Below are positions 19,867-29,462 of a stretch of DNA of 57,189 nt, piece after piece. The stretch is taken from contig CAIWWH010000031.1 in NCBI GenBank assembly GCA_903916385.1, positions 1-57,189 of the forward strand. Direction: 5' to 3'. Position 1 is the first letter of the stretch; every line of letters begins with the position of its first letter. Source of the stretch: an uncultured Actinomycetes bacterium (GTDB lineage: Bacteria > Actinomycetota > Actinomycetes > Nanopelagicales > Nanopelagicaceae). The notes beneath the pieces are model-generated. The model did no database searches. It was not told where the DNA came from and worked only from the letters and a program-made list of their open reading frames with translations. A program made the translations under genes and the position numbers.

Positions 19867-20784
19867 GTGACGATCGATATGACACCTACGGCAAAGAAGG
19901 CCCTTACTAAGAAGGCCCCGGCTAAAGCCGCAGTGGCCAAAAAGGCGCCTGCCAAGAAGGTGGCTGCCTCCAAGGTTGCCGTCAAGAAGAGCGTGGCGAA
20001 GAAAGCTCCGGCATCCAAGCCTGTAGCGAAGAAACTAGTGGCTAAGAAAGCAGTGAAATCCGTGCCAGTCAAAAAAGCTCCGGCCAAGCCGGTAGCAAGC
20101 GCCACCAAGAAGTCCGTTCCAGCCAAGAAGGTCGCTGAACGCTCGCCCAACATTGTTAAACCTACTTTGGCGAAGAAGCCCGTTGCGAAAAAGGGACCAG
20201 CCAAGCCCTTTCCTGCCAAGTTGCAGAGCACTACTACGGGAGATTCAACAACAATCACCGTGACACCTCGCGAAGTAAATTCTGGGCCAGAAGTTGTGAT
20301 TGAGGAGCGCCGCTTGGTTATGCCTCCTCCTCCTCGCCCCGTAAAGAGTGGCAAGCGTGCACATACCCTCAAGCCAATCAAGGGTGCACCCGCCCCTCTT
20401 GTAGTTAATGAAAGTGAAAACCCGTGGACCGCCGCGGAATTAAAGGCGATGCGCATGGAACTAGCTAAAGAGTTAGTACGGTTGAAATCCGAGCTGAGCG
20501 AAGCTGAAGGAGAGATGGAAGATCTCATCTCTGCAGCCGGAGTTGGTGCTGGCGATGATCAAGCCGACGCAGGTACAAAGACATTTGAGCGTGAGCATGA
20601 GATGTCTCTCGTGTACAACGCGCGCGACATGGTCTTGCAGACGGAGCGTGCCATTGAGCGCATCGACAAGAAGACCTATGGGCGTTGCGAAGAGTGTGGA
20701 AATGCAATCGGCAAGGCCCGACTACAGGTCTTCCCTCGCGCAACTTTGTGCATGTCCTGTAAGCAGAAAGAGGAACGGCGCTGA
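19867..20784 (+). CDS. Histone-H1-like (Lys/Ala/Pro-rich) N-terminal domain fused to a C-terminal DksA/TraR C4 zinc-finger domain (DdbA-like)
   Basis: The N-terminal ~105 aa are AKKA/PAKK-type repeats. The C-terminus has a coiled-coil plus CEEC-x17-CMSC. It lies between ileS and lspA. The start may be GTG 19867 or ATG 19879. Confidence 0.8.
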   Translation: MTIDMTPTAKKALTKKAPAKAAVAKKAPAKKVAASKVAVKKSVAKKAPASKPVAKKLVAKKAVKSVPVKKAPAKPVASATKKSVPAKKVAERSPNIVKPTLAKKPVAKKGPAKPFPAKLQSTTTGDSTTITVTPREVNSGPEVVIEERRLVMPPPPRPVKSGKRAHTLKPIKGAPAPLVVNESENPWTAAELKAMRMELAKELVRLKSELSEAEGEMEDLISAAGVGAGDDQADAGTKTFEREHEMSLVYNARDMVLQTERAIERIDKKTYGRCEECGNAIGKARLQVFPRATLCMSCKQKEERR

Positions 20785-21281
20785 GTAAATCAGCACCTCA
20801 TCGCAGAGCTGTTACCTTCTTAATCTCCGTTGCGCTCGCAGTAATTGCGATCGACAATGTTTCAAAAACGCTAGCCTTGAACAATCTTGGCCCCAAACCC
20901 AAGCAGATACTGGGCTCACTCTTGGAATTACAACTGGCGCGTAACTCCGGGGCTGCCTTTAATCTGGCACAGAGCGCGACGATCTTTCTCTCGCTCTTAT
21001 CATTCCTCGCGATTGCGGCGCTTGTCGTCTTCTCACGATCGCTTACCTCGCGCATTTGGGGAGTCGCACTCGGGTTCCTCATGGGTGGAATTGGCGGAAA
21101 TTTGGTGGATCGACTCTTCAGGCCTCCTTACCTTTTGCATGGTGAGGTGGTGGACTGGATTCGCCTGCCGCACTGGCCGATATTTAATCTTGCCGATACC
21201 TCTATTGTTATCTCTGCGATAACTATTGCGATTCTGCTTTTAAACGATGTGAAACCGAGGTCCCGTCATGACGTTTCCTGA
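20781..21281 (+). CDS. lspA: Lipoprotein signal peptidase II
   Basis: LspA motifs IDNVSK, NSGAAFN, GGIGGNLVDR and FNLADTSI. The reading frame is open and conserved from 20763, but the first canonical start is TTG 20877. The 5' end is provisionally set at CTG 20781, which overlaps the upstream stop. Confidence 0.8.
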   Translation: MSKSAPHRRAVTFLISVALAVIAIDNVSKTLALNNLGPKPKQILGSLLELQLARNSGAAFNLAQSATIFLSLLSFLAIAALVVFSRSLTSRIWGVALGFLMGGIGGNLVDRLFRPPYLLHGEVVDWIRLPHWPIFNLADTSIVISAITIAILLLNDVKPRSRHDVS

Positions 21282-22218
21282 ACGTGAGTTGAAGGTGATC
21301 TCGATACCTGAGGGACTCGACCAAGAGCGTGTAGACGCTGCTTTGGCACGAATGCTCGGGCTATCTCGCTCGACAGTTGTTTCTCTTATTGAAGATGAAG
21401 AGATTTCGCGTGGTGGTAAGCCGGTAACAAAATCTGACAAGGTTGCAACTGCAGATGTCCTTGAAATTTTGATGCCTGCCGCCAAGAGCGCGCCGCAACT
21501 TACACCCACCCCAGTCGAGGGGTTAGAAGTCATCTATAACGATGAGAACATCATTGTGATCAATAAGCCTGCAGGAGTAGCTGCGCACCCTAGCCCCGGG
21601 TGGCAAGGACCTACTGTTATCGGTGCCGTCATTGCTGCGGGATACAACGTCTCCACGAGCGGCGCCGCAGAGCGACAGGGCATTGTCCACCGTCTCGATG
21701 TGGGAACCACTGGGCTCATGGTGATTGCCAAAGATGAGGCCGCCTACTCTTCACTCAAAGACCAATTTAGAGAGCGCAGCGTGACCAAGGTCTATCACGC
21801 CATGGTCCAAGGGCATATGGATCCTTCGCAAGGAACTATCGACGCACCTATCGATCGCCATCCTCGGGAGGATTATCGTTTCGCAGTTGTGGCAGATGGA
21901 AAGCCATCGATCACGCATTACACCTCTCTCGAACTCTTTCCCGCCGTCTCACTTCTCGAGATTGAGTTGGAAACGGGGCGTACCCATCAGATCCGCGTTC
22001 ACTTCGCAGCGCTCCATCACCCGCTTGTTGGGGATCTCACATACGGCGCAGATCACACAATTGCCGACCGTTTAAATATCCATCGCCCGTGGCTCCACGC
22101 TCGTGAACTTAAATTTACCCACCCAATCACAGGGGAGCAGCTCGCCTTTGCCACCGATTACCCCGAAGACCTGACACGCTCATTGAACCAGCTTGAGCAA
22201 AACAGCCGTCAGATTTAG
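21268..22218 (+). CDS. rluD: RluA-family 23S rRNA pseudouridine synthase with N-terminal S4 domain (RluD-like)
   Basis: S4-like N-terminus and catalytic motif HRLDVGTTGLMV, plus HQIRVH. Conserved position after lspA. Confidence 0.88.
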   Translation: MTFPERELKVISIPEGLDQERVDAALARMLGLSRSTVVSLIEDEEISRGGKPVTKSDKVATADVLEILMPAAKSAPQLTPTPVEGLEVIYNDENIIVINKPAGVAAHPSPGWQGPTVIGAVIAAGYNVSTSGAAERQGIVHRLDVGTTGLMVIAKDEAAYSSLKDQFRERSVTKVYHAMVQGHMDPSQGTIDAPIDRHPREDYRFAVVADGKPSITHYTSLELFPAVSLLEIELETGRTHQIRVHFAALHHPLVGDLTYGADHTIADRLNIHRPWLHARELKFTHPITGEQLAFATDYPEDLTRSLNQLEQNSRQI

Positions 22219-22241
22219 CCACAGTAGTAATCTCGCTAACC

Positions 22242-25200
22242 GTGTCGCAGAATTCCAGTTTCGTTCATCTCCACGTCCACACCGAGTACTCGATGTTGGA
22301 TGGTGCGGCGCGCGTTGAAGAGCTAGTAAAAGAGGTAGCGCGCCAAGAGATGCCCGCCATCGCCATAACCGATCACGGCAATGTCTTTGGCGCATTTGAA
22401 TTTAATAAGCAGGCCCGGAAAGCAGGCGTAAAGCCGATTATCGGGATCGAGGCATACGTCGCCCCCGAAAGTCGCTTCGATAAGCGTCGCGTCAAGTGGG
22501 CGGAGGGTGGCGAAGATGATGTTTCGGGTGGTGGTGCTTATACCCACATGACTCTTTTGGCAGAAGACAACACTGGCCTGGCCAATCTCTTTAAATTGTC
22601 CTCTCTTGCCTCTCTCGAGGGCTTTTATTACAAACCTCGCATGGATCGCGAACTCCTTGCGCAGTATTCAAAGGGGATCATCGCTACAACAGGATGTCCC
22701 GGAGGTGAGATTCAAACTCGATTGCGCATGGGTGCTTACAAAGAGGCCATCACTGCAGCGAGCGAACTACGCGACATCTTTGGCCGCGAGAACTTCTACC
22801 TTGAAATCATGGATCACGGAATTGATGTTGAAACGCGAGTGAAGAAGGATCTCCTTAAACTTGGCAAAGATTTGGGGCTGCCACTGCTGGCTACCAATGA
22901 CCTCCACTACACAAAGAATGAAGATTCTGTTGCACACGAAGCGCTGCTCTGCGTCCAGTCGGGATCGACGATTGCCGATCCAAAGCGCTTTAAATTTGAT
23001 AATGATCAGTTCTACCTAAAGAGTGCACGGGAGATGCGTGAGCTCTTCAAGGAGTTCCCTGAATCTTGCGATAACACTCTGCTAATCGCAGAGCGCTGCA
23101 ATGTCTCCCTGCGCGAGGGCGAGAATCTCCTTCCGCAATTCTCTGTTCCCGAAGGCGAGAGCGAAGATTCGTGGCTGACGAAGTTGGCGCAGGCAGGTCT
23201 CTCGGAGCGTTTGAATGGCAGCATCCCGCCCACCTATCAAGAGCGCTTGGATTACGAACTCAGCGTGATGATCAAAATGGGATTTCCAGGTTATTTTCTG
23301 GTGGTCTCAGACCTCTGCGCACATGCGCGGGAAGTCGGCATTCGCGTTGGCCCCGGTCGAGGATCAGCTGCTGGCTCGCTCGTCTCCTATGCGTTAGGTA
23401 TTACTGCTCTCGATCCCATCAGGCACGGCCTACTCTTCGAGCGCTTCCTCAATCCTGAGCGCATCTCGATGCCAGATATTGACCTCGACTTTGATGAACG
23501 TCGTCGCTCCGAAATGATCGCTTACGCGACCAACAAGTATGGCGAAGATCGCGTGGCGCAGATTATTACCTACAGCAATATCAAATCTAAGCAAGCCCTT
23601 AAAGATGCCACGCGTGTTCTTGGGTATCCCTATGCAATCGGTGACAAGATCACGAAGGCTCTGCCTCCAACCATCATGGGCAAGGACATCACCCTCTCTG
23701 GAATCTTCGACCCGAAGAATGATCGTTACGGAGAGGCCGGAGAGTTCCGCTCGGTCTATGAAACCGATAGTGATGCCAAGCGGATCGTTGACACCGCCCG
23801 CGGTCTTGAAGGATTAAAGCGGCAGTGGGGTGTTCACGCAGCGGGAGTAATCCTTAGTAAGGAGCCGCTCCTTGAAGTGATCCCGATTCATCGTCGTGAA
23901 TCTGATGGTGCGATCATCACTCAATTCGATATGGGAGCTTGTGAGGCAACTGGACTCCTTAAAATGGATTTCCTGGGATTGCGCAATCTTTCAGTACTTG
24001 ATGACTGCCTCCTCAACATTAAGAAGAACCAGGGCATCGACGTTGACTTGGCGACGTTGGCACTCGATGATTCAAAGACCTACGAACTCCTCGGCAAAGG
24101 TGAAACCTTAGGAGTCTTCCAATTGGATGGCGGGCCGATGCGGGCCCTCCTGCGGCAGATGGCACCGGACTCCTTCGAAGACATTTCAGCTGTTATTGCG
24201 CTGTATCGCCCGGGCCCGATGGGGGTAAACGCTCACACGGATTACGCCGATCGCAAGAATCGCCGTAAGCCGGTCGAGCCGATCCATGAAGAGTTATCTG
24301 AACCACTCGCAGAGATCCTCGGCGACACGTACGGATTGATTGTGTATCAAGAGCAGGTTATGGCAATTGCACAGAAAGTTGCCGGATTCTCGCTTGGACG
24401 TGCAGATCTTTTGCGCAAGGCGATGGGTAAGAAGAACAAAGAGATTCTGGATAAGGAGTACGTGAACTTCGAAGAGGGAATGACCTCTGGAGGTTTTGGG
24501 AAAGCAGCTATTAAAAAGCTCTGGGACACCCTGATTCCATTCTCGGATTACGCATTTAACCGTGCGCACTCGGCAGGATACGGGTTGGTCTCGTATTGGA
24601 CCGCCTACTTAAAAGCTAACTATCCGACGGAATATATGGCAGCGCTTCTTACGAGTGTGCGCGATGATAAAGATAAGAGTGCGCTCTATCTCAATGAATG
24701 CCGTCGTATGGGCATCAAAGTTCTGCCCCCGGATGTCAATGAATCCTCATCCGATTACACACCTCTCGGTAGTGATATCCGTTTCGGACTCACTGCGATT
24801 CGCAATGTAGGAGAGAACGTTGTCGCTTCGATTGTCGCTAATCGCGAGAGTAAGGGTCGCTTCACATCCTTCGGAGATTTTCTGGCAAAGGTGGACCAGC
24901 AGGTCTGTAATAAGAAGACGATTGAGTCTTTGATAAAGGCGGGCGCCTTCGATTCATTGGGGGCTACTCGTCGTGGCTTGATGATGGTTTACCTGGAAGC
25001 AATTGACTCCGTGAGCGAGGCGAAGCGCGCAGAGGCGATCGGCCAATTTGATCTCTTTGGCAGCGCTCCCGCCGATACCGGATCGAATATCACCGGCGTC
25101 GAACTCGATATCCCAAGCGGGGAATGGGATAAGAACCTTCTGCTTAGTTACGAACGCGAGATGCTGGGACTCTATGTTTCCGATCACCCACTACTAGGTA

Positions 25201-25760
25201 TTGAGCATGTCTTGCGAGCAGCCGTAGATATGCCTCTCTCTCAAATTGCCGAAGATTCAGTCGGGCACGAACAGGTCGTCAATATCGGCGGGTTAATCAC
25301 CCAGATTCAACGCAAGGTTTCTAAACAGGGCAATTCGTGGGCGATCGTCTCGATTGAGGATCTTGAAGGAGCGGTGGATGTCCTCTTCTTCGCTGCGACA
25401 TACCAGGCTCATGCTCTCAATCTGGTTGAGGATCGAGTCATCGTCGTACGTGGGCGTATCGATAAGCGTGAAGAAGCGCCTCGAATCACTGCTCTTGATA
25501 TGACGATTCCGGATGTTTCGACCGCACCCACTGGCCCGTTGGTTATCACTATGGATGCCACTCGAGTTACCCCACCTGTCGTCGACCGGATGAAGGAGAT
25601 CCTCCGCTCCCACCCTGGCTCCCGCGAAGTGCACCTCAAGTTGGATGATGGAAATAAGGGATTGGTTATGAAGATCGATGACGATCTACGCGTAACAGCC
25701 TCTCCAAGTTTGAGCGCTGACCTGAAATCGGTGCTCGGCCCAGATTGCCTTGTGCTCTAG
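22242..25760 (+). CDS. dnaE: DNA polymerase III alpha subunit
   Basis: 1172 aa with PHP-domain N-terminus FVHLHVHTEYSMLDGA. Full-length DnaE1 architecture. GTG start. Confidence 0.96.
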   Translation: MSQNSSFVHLHVHTEYSMLDGAARVEELVKEVARQEMPAIAITDHGNVFGAFEFNKQARKAGVKPIIGIEAYVAPESRFDKRRVKWAEGGEDDVSGGGAYTHMTLLAEDNTGLANLFKLSSLASLEGFYYKPRMDRELLAQYSKGIIATTGCPGGEIQTRLRMGAYKEAITAASELRDIFGRENFYLEIMDHGIDVETRVKKDLLKLGKDLGLPLLATNDLHYTKNEDSVAHEALLCVQSGSTIADPKRFKFDNDQFYLKSAREMRELFKEFPESCDNTLLIAERCNVSLREGENLLPQFSVPEGESEDSWLTKLAQAGLSERLNGSIPPTYQERLDYELSVMIKMGFPGYFLVVSDLCAHAREVGIRVGPGRGSAAGSLVSYALGITALDPIRHGLLFERFLNPERISMPDIDLDFDERRRSEMIAYATNKYGEDRVAQIITYSNIKSKQALKDATRVLGYPYAIGDKITKALPPTIMGKDITLSGIFDPKNDRYGEAGEFRSVYETDSDAKRIVDTARGLEGLKRQWGVHAAGVILSKEPLLEVIPIHRRESDGAIITQFDMGACEATGLLKMDFLGLRNLSVLDDCLLNIKKNQGIDVDLATLALDDSKTYELLGKGETLGVFQLDGGPMRALLRQMAPDSFEDISAVIALYRPGPMGVNAHTDYADRKNRRKPVEPIHEELSEPLAEILGDTYGLIVYQEQVMAIAQKVAGFSLGRADLLRKAMGKKNKEILDKEYVNFEEGMTSGGFGKAAIKKLWDTLIPFSDYAFNRAHSAGYGLVSYWTAYLKANYPTEYMAALLTSVRDDKDKSALYLNECRRMGIKVLPPDVNESSSDYTPLGSDIRFGLTAIRNVGENVVASIVANRESKGRFTSFGDFLAKVDQQVCNKKTIESLIKAGAFDSLGATRRGLMMVYLEAIDSVSEAKRAEAIGQFDLFGSAPADTGSNITGVELDIPSGEWDKNLLLSYEREMLGLYVSDHPLLGIEHVLRAAVDMPLSQIAEDSVGHEQVVNIGGLITQIQRKVSKQGNSWAIVSIEDLEGAVDVLFFAATYQAHALNLVEDRVIVVRGRIDKREEAPRITALDMTIPDVSTAPTGPLVITMDATRVTPPVVDRMKEILRSHPGSREVHLKLDDGNKGLVMKIDDDLRVTASPSLSADLKSVLGPDCLVL

Positions 25761-25780
25761 GCGCTCCTGTCAGAGTTATT

Positions 25781-25797
25781 GGCGCACACCCTGCGCC
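25781..25797 (+). terminator. Stem-loop after dnaE (GGCGCA-CACCC-TGCGCC)
   Basis: 6-bp GC-rich inverted repeat 21 nt after the dnaE stop. No U-tract. Confidence 0.25.
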
Positions 25798-25806
25798 GCC
25801 ACGCTT

Positions 25807-25812
25807 TAGAAT
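25807..25812 (+). promoter_or_regulatory. Candidate -10 hexamer TAGAAT, 6 nt upstream of the hisD GTG (leaderless-type promoter)
   Basis: TAGAAT matches the actinobacterial -10 TANNNT. The spacing predicts a transcription start at or next to the start codon. No properly spaced SD. Confidence 0.4.
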
Positions 25813-25818
25813 AAGGAT

Positions 25819-27144
25819 GTGAACTCCGAGATCGCTATTCCGCTCATCGATCTGCGGGGTCAACGGCTCAGTCGAGCGCAGTACAAGCGAGCTATTCCGC
25901 GAGCAGGTTTGGATGTAGCTCACGCCATGGTTGCCATCGAGCCGATTTTGGATCGGGTAAAGCATGGCGATGAGGGAACTCTACGCACGCTCGCGAAGGA
26001 GTTTGATGGGGTCGAACCCGAACATATTCGAGTACCAGCCGCTGCAATCGATCAGGCGCTATCTGATCTAGATCCCGATGTACGTATCGCGTTAGAGACT
26101 TCCATAGGTCGAGTTCGCCTTTTTCATGAGGCCCAAGCCCGTGAAACCACGAACGTTGAAGTGGTTCCGGGTGCGAAGATTTCACAAAAGTGGATCCCCG
26201 TTGATCGCGTTGGGCTTTACGTACCTGGGGGCAAGGCGGTCTATCCCAGCTCTGTGATGATGAATGTCGTTCCAGCTCAAATCGCGCGCGTTCCAAGCAT
26301 TGCTATTGCGTCACCACCACAACGTGAGTTCGACGGACTGCCACACCCCACGATTTTGGCAACCTGCGCCCTCCTTGGGATTTACGAGGTGTATGCCGTC
26401 GGGGGAGCCCAGGCAGTTGCGATGTTTGCTTACGGAGTCGAAGGACTATGCGAACCAGTGGATCTGGTAACGGGCCCGGGGAATATTTATGTGGCCGCTG
26501 CCAAACGAGCGCTGCGCGGGTTGATCGCCATCGACTCTGAAGCGGGGCCGACGGAAATTGGGATACTCGCTGACGAGAGTGCGCTGGCTGGAGAAGTCGC
26601 GGCAGATCTAATTAGCCAGGCCGAGCACGACGTAAGCGCCGCTGCGGTCTTAGTCACGACCTCGGAATTGTTAGCGCAGGAGGTGCGCACTGAGTTAACC
26701 AAGCGCGTTCCACTTACGCGTCATTCTGAACGTATTGCTACTGCGCTCACGGGAGTTCAATCTGCGATCGTCTTGGTCGACTCCGTCGAGCAAGGTATTG
26801 ATGTGATGAATGGCTACGCAGCAGAGCACTTAGAGTTACACGTCAAAGAGCTAGAGGCTGTTGCATCGAAGATTCGCAACGCGGGAGCTGTCTTCATGGG
26901 GCGTTATGCACCCGTATCGCTTGGCGACTATTCAGCGGGTTCCAATCACGTTCTTCCGACTGGTGGATGCGCCTGCCATTCGAGTGGGTTATCGGTACAG
27001 ACCTTTCTTAAAGGGGTTAACTTCATCTCTTACGATGAAAGCGCATTTACAGATATCGCGGCCACCGTTATCACCCTTGCCAATGCCGAAGACTTGCCAG
27101 CCCATGGTGAAGCAATGAGCGCAAGATTTGAGGAGAAGAGTTAA
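25819..27144 (+). CDS. hisD: Histidinol dehydrogenase
   Basis: 441 aa with HisD family features throughout (SQAEHD, GDYSAGSNHVLPTGG). Confidence 0.95.
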   Translation: MNSEIAIPLIDLRGQRLSRAQYKRAIPRAGLDVAHAMVAIEPILDRVKHGDEGTLRTLAKEFDGVEPEHIRVPAAAIDQALSDLDPDVRIALETSIGRVRLFHEAQARETTNVEVVPGAKISQKWIPVDRVGLYVPGGKAVYPSSVMMNVVPAQIARVPSIAIASPPQREFDGLPHPTILATCALLGIYEVYAVGGAQAVAMFAYGVEGLCEPVDLVTGPGNIYVAAAKRALRGLIAIDSEAGPTEIGILADESALAGEVAADLISQAEHDVSAAAVLVTTSELLAQEVRTELTKRVPLTRHSERIATALTGVQSAIVLVDSVEQGIDVMNGYAAEHLELHVKELEAVASKIRNAGAVFMGRYAPVSLGDYSAGSNHVLPTGGCACHSSGLSVQTFLKGVNFISYDESAFTDIAATVITLANAEDLPAHGEAMSARFEEKS

Positions 27145-28247
27145 TGGTTCAATCACAATGGCCTTATTGGTTGCCGCTGCGTGGAGATCTCCGCAATATC
27201 TCACCTTACGGCGCACCTCAGATTGAGGGCGTGGTTGCGCTTAACACCAATGAGAATCCCTTCCCTCTTCCTAGTGAAGTCGTCGCGGCAATGAGTGAAA
27301 GGCTCACCGCTGTTATTGCAGATCTCAATCGTTACCCAGATCGCGATGCCACAACGCTACGTGCAAAATTGGCACATTACATCTCGCAGGGGACCGGTGT
27401 GCCGCTTGGAGTAGAAAATATTTGGGCCGCCAATGGCTCCAATGAAATCTTGCAAACGCTCTTCCTTGCTTGTGGCGGTGTCGAGGCGCTTGCACTTGGC
27501 TTTACACCTTCATACTCCGTGCATCCCCTCATTGCTCAGATCACGAAGACCCCATGGTTCGCTGGCAGTCGCGATGAGGAGTTCGGAATTAATGTCGCAA
27601 ATGCCAAGAAATTGATTCGTGAGAAGTCACCGCAATTGGTCTTCGTTACCACTCCAAATAATCCATCGGGCACTTCTACTTCAATCGCGGACCTTAAGGA
27701 GTTGGCAGAGGCAACCGGTTCGGTCGGGGGACTTTTGATCGTGGATGAGGCCTACGCTGAATTCTCTGATGTCCCTTCTGCCGTCACGCTACTTGCGGAT
27801 TTCCCCCATGTGGTTGTGGTTCGCACAATGAGTAAAGCCTTTGCCTTTGCCGGGGCACGCACTGGATATCTCGTTGGCAAGCCGGCCATTGTGAATGCGG
27901 CCCTGATTACACGCCTTCCCTACCACTTGAGCTCGCTTACTCAAGCTGCTGCCGAAGTCGCACTTGAGTTCACACCCGCCATGCAAGGAGAGATCGAGCT
28001 CTTGATCAGTGAGCGGGAGCGGGTCGCGTCGGCGATTGCAGAAGTTGGATACCGCACCCTGCCTAGCTCGGCAAACTTCCTGCTCTTTTCCGGCTTCGCG
28101 GGAGAGCCGAGCGTAATCTGGCAGGCCTTCCTAGACCGCGGGATCTTGATTCGTGACATTGGTTTGCGCGGATTTTTACGGGTAACAATCGGCACACCTG
28201 CCGAAAACGAGCAATTCATCGCAGCGCTCCGCGAAATTGCGGAATAA
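27144..28247 (+). CDS. hisC: Histidinol-phosphate aminotransferase
   Basis: 367 aa class II aminotransferase (NENPFPLP, PNNPSGT, RTMSKAFAFAGAR). TAATG overlap with hisD. Confidence 0.94.
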   Translation: MVQSQWPYWLPLRGDLRNISPYGAPQIEGVVALNTNENPFPLPSEVVAAMSERLTAVIADLNRYPDRDATTLRAKLAHYISQGTGVPLGVENIWAANGSNEILQTLFLACGGVEALALGFTPSYSVHPLIAQITKTPWFAGSRDEEFGINVANAKKLIREKSPQLVFVTTPNNPSGTSTSIADLKELAEATGSVGGLLIVDEAYAEFSDVPSAVTLLADFPHVVVVRTMSKAFAFAGARTGYLVGKPAIVNAALITRLPYHLSSLTQAAAEVALEFTPAMQGEIELLISERERVASAIAEVGYRTLPSSANFLLFSGFAGEPSVIWQAFLDRGILIRDIGLRGFLRVTIGTPAENEQFIAALREIAE

Positions 28248-28275
28248 TTCCCTCTCTAACAAAGGAAGATCACCA

Positions 28276-28869
28276 ATGAGTAATCCGCGCATTGCGACTG
28301 TTGCCCGAAAGACCAAAGAGTCTGATGTCTTCGTGCAGTTGAACCTGGATGGCTCCGGAGTTATCGATATCCAAACCGGGGTTCCATTCTTTGAACATAT
28401 GCTCTCGCAACTTGGTAAGCACGCTGGATTTGATCTGACCGTAAAGACAACGGGCGATGTAGATGTCGATTCACACCACACGGTCGAAGACACTTCGTTG
28501 GCATTTGGGCAGGCTCTGCGCGAGGCGTTGGGAGATAAGTCCGGTATTCGTCGCTTCGGAGATGCGATGGTTCCACTCGATGAAGTATTGGTACAAGCCG
28601 CTGTGGATCTTTCGGGTCGTCCATATCTTGTCCATCGTCAACCTGAAATTGTTGAACTTATCGGCACCTTTGATACAACTTTAGGTCGCCATATCTGGGA
28701 GTCGATCGTTGCCGAGGCTCGAATCGCCTTACATATCCGTGTTCTGGAAGGGCGCAATGCCCACCACGTTTTTGAAGCGCAATTTAAAGCTGTAGCGCGT
28801 GCGCTACGCGACGCCGTTGCGATTGATGGACGTACGACGGGGATTCCTTCTACAAAGGGCACTCTTTGA
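28276..28869 (+). CDS. hisB: Imidazoleglycerol-phosphate dehydratase
   Basis: Starts MSNPRIATVARKTKESDV and carries the HHTVED motif. ATG 28276 has SD AAAGGAAG upstream and is preferred over the track start at 28237. Confidence 0.94.
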   Translation: MSNPRIATVARKTKESDVFVQLNLDGSGVIDIQTGVPFFEHMLSQLGKHAGFDLTVKTTGDVDVDSHHTVEDTSLAFGQALREALGDKSGIRRFGDAMVPLDEVLVQAAVDLSGRPYLVHRQPEIVELIGTFDTTLGRHIWESIVAEARIALHIRVLEGRNAHHVFEAQFKAVARALRDAVAIDGRTTGIPSTKGTL

Positions 28870-29462
28870 TCGCAATTCTTGATTACGGATCTGGAAATTT
28901 ACGCTCCGCCCAGCGCGCCTTCGCTTTAACTGGTCACGAAACGATTGTTACCTCAGATCCTGAGATCTGTTTGGCGAGCGACGGTCTAGTTGTTCCAGGA
29001 GTGGGCGCTTATGGTGCTTGTATGGAGCAGTTGATTGCAGCTGGTGGGCGAGACGTTATTTTGAAGCGCGTCGCCGCAGGTGGACCGCTTCTCGGAATAT
29101 GTGTCGGTATGCAGATTCTTTTCACCGCTGGATCAGAAAAAGGGCCGCATTCAGGTGTCGGAATATTTACCGGTGAGGTAAGCGAGATCGCTGCGCCAAT
29201 CCTTCCCCACATCGGTTGGAATAATGTTCGCGCATCGGAAGAATCAACTTTATTTCGCGGGTTAAAGGACGAACGGTTCTACTTCGTCCACTCGTATGCT
29301 GCAAAAGAAGGAGTAGCCGAGGCAATCAACAGTTACTGCAATTATGGTGAAGATTTTCTCGCCGCCGTCGAGCGCGGCCCAGTGAGCACTGTGCAATTTC
29401 ATCCAGAAAAGAGCGGGGCTGTTGGAGCGCGCCTCATTTCAAATTGGGCGGAGACCCTATGA
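28866..29462 (+). CDS. hisH: Imidazole glycerol phosphate synthase, glutaminase subunit
   Basis: Class I glutamine amidotransferase ([14 protein letters not shown]), 198 aa. Confidence 0.94.
   Translation: MIAILDYGSGNLRSAQRAFALTGHETIVTSDPEICLASDGLVVPGVGAYGACMEQLIAAGGRDVILKRVAAGGPLLGICVGMQILFTAGSEKGPHSGVGIFTGEVSEIAAPILPHIGWNNVRASEESTLFRGLKDERFYFVHSYAAKEGVAEAINSYCNYGEDFLAAVERGPVSTVQFHPEKSGAVGARLISNWAETL

Noticed and set aside
19758-20528. 256-aa minus-strand ORF antisense to the Lys-rich gene, plus other long antisense ORFs (13758-14387, 42933-43709, 33775-34326, 3504-4001, 45775-46230)
   Set aside because: Each lies entirely inside a well-supported conserved gene on the other strand. They have low-complexity or arbitrary sequence with no motifs, and they are expected by chance from codon bias (AKK repeats read as FLA on the opposite strand).
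20877-21281. TTG 20877 as the lspA start
   Set aside because: It would delete the first TM helix and the conserved IDNVSK motif, which are clearly encoded in frame upstream. See the finding on the missing canonical start.
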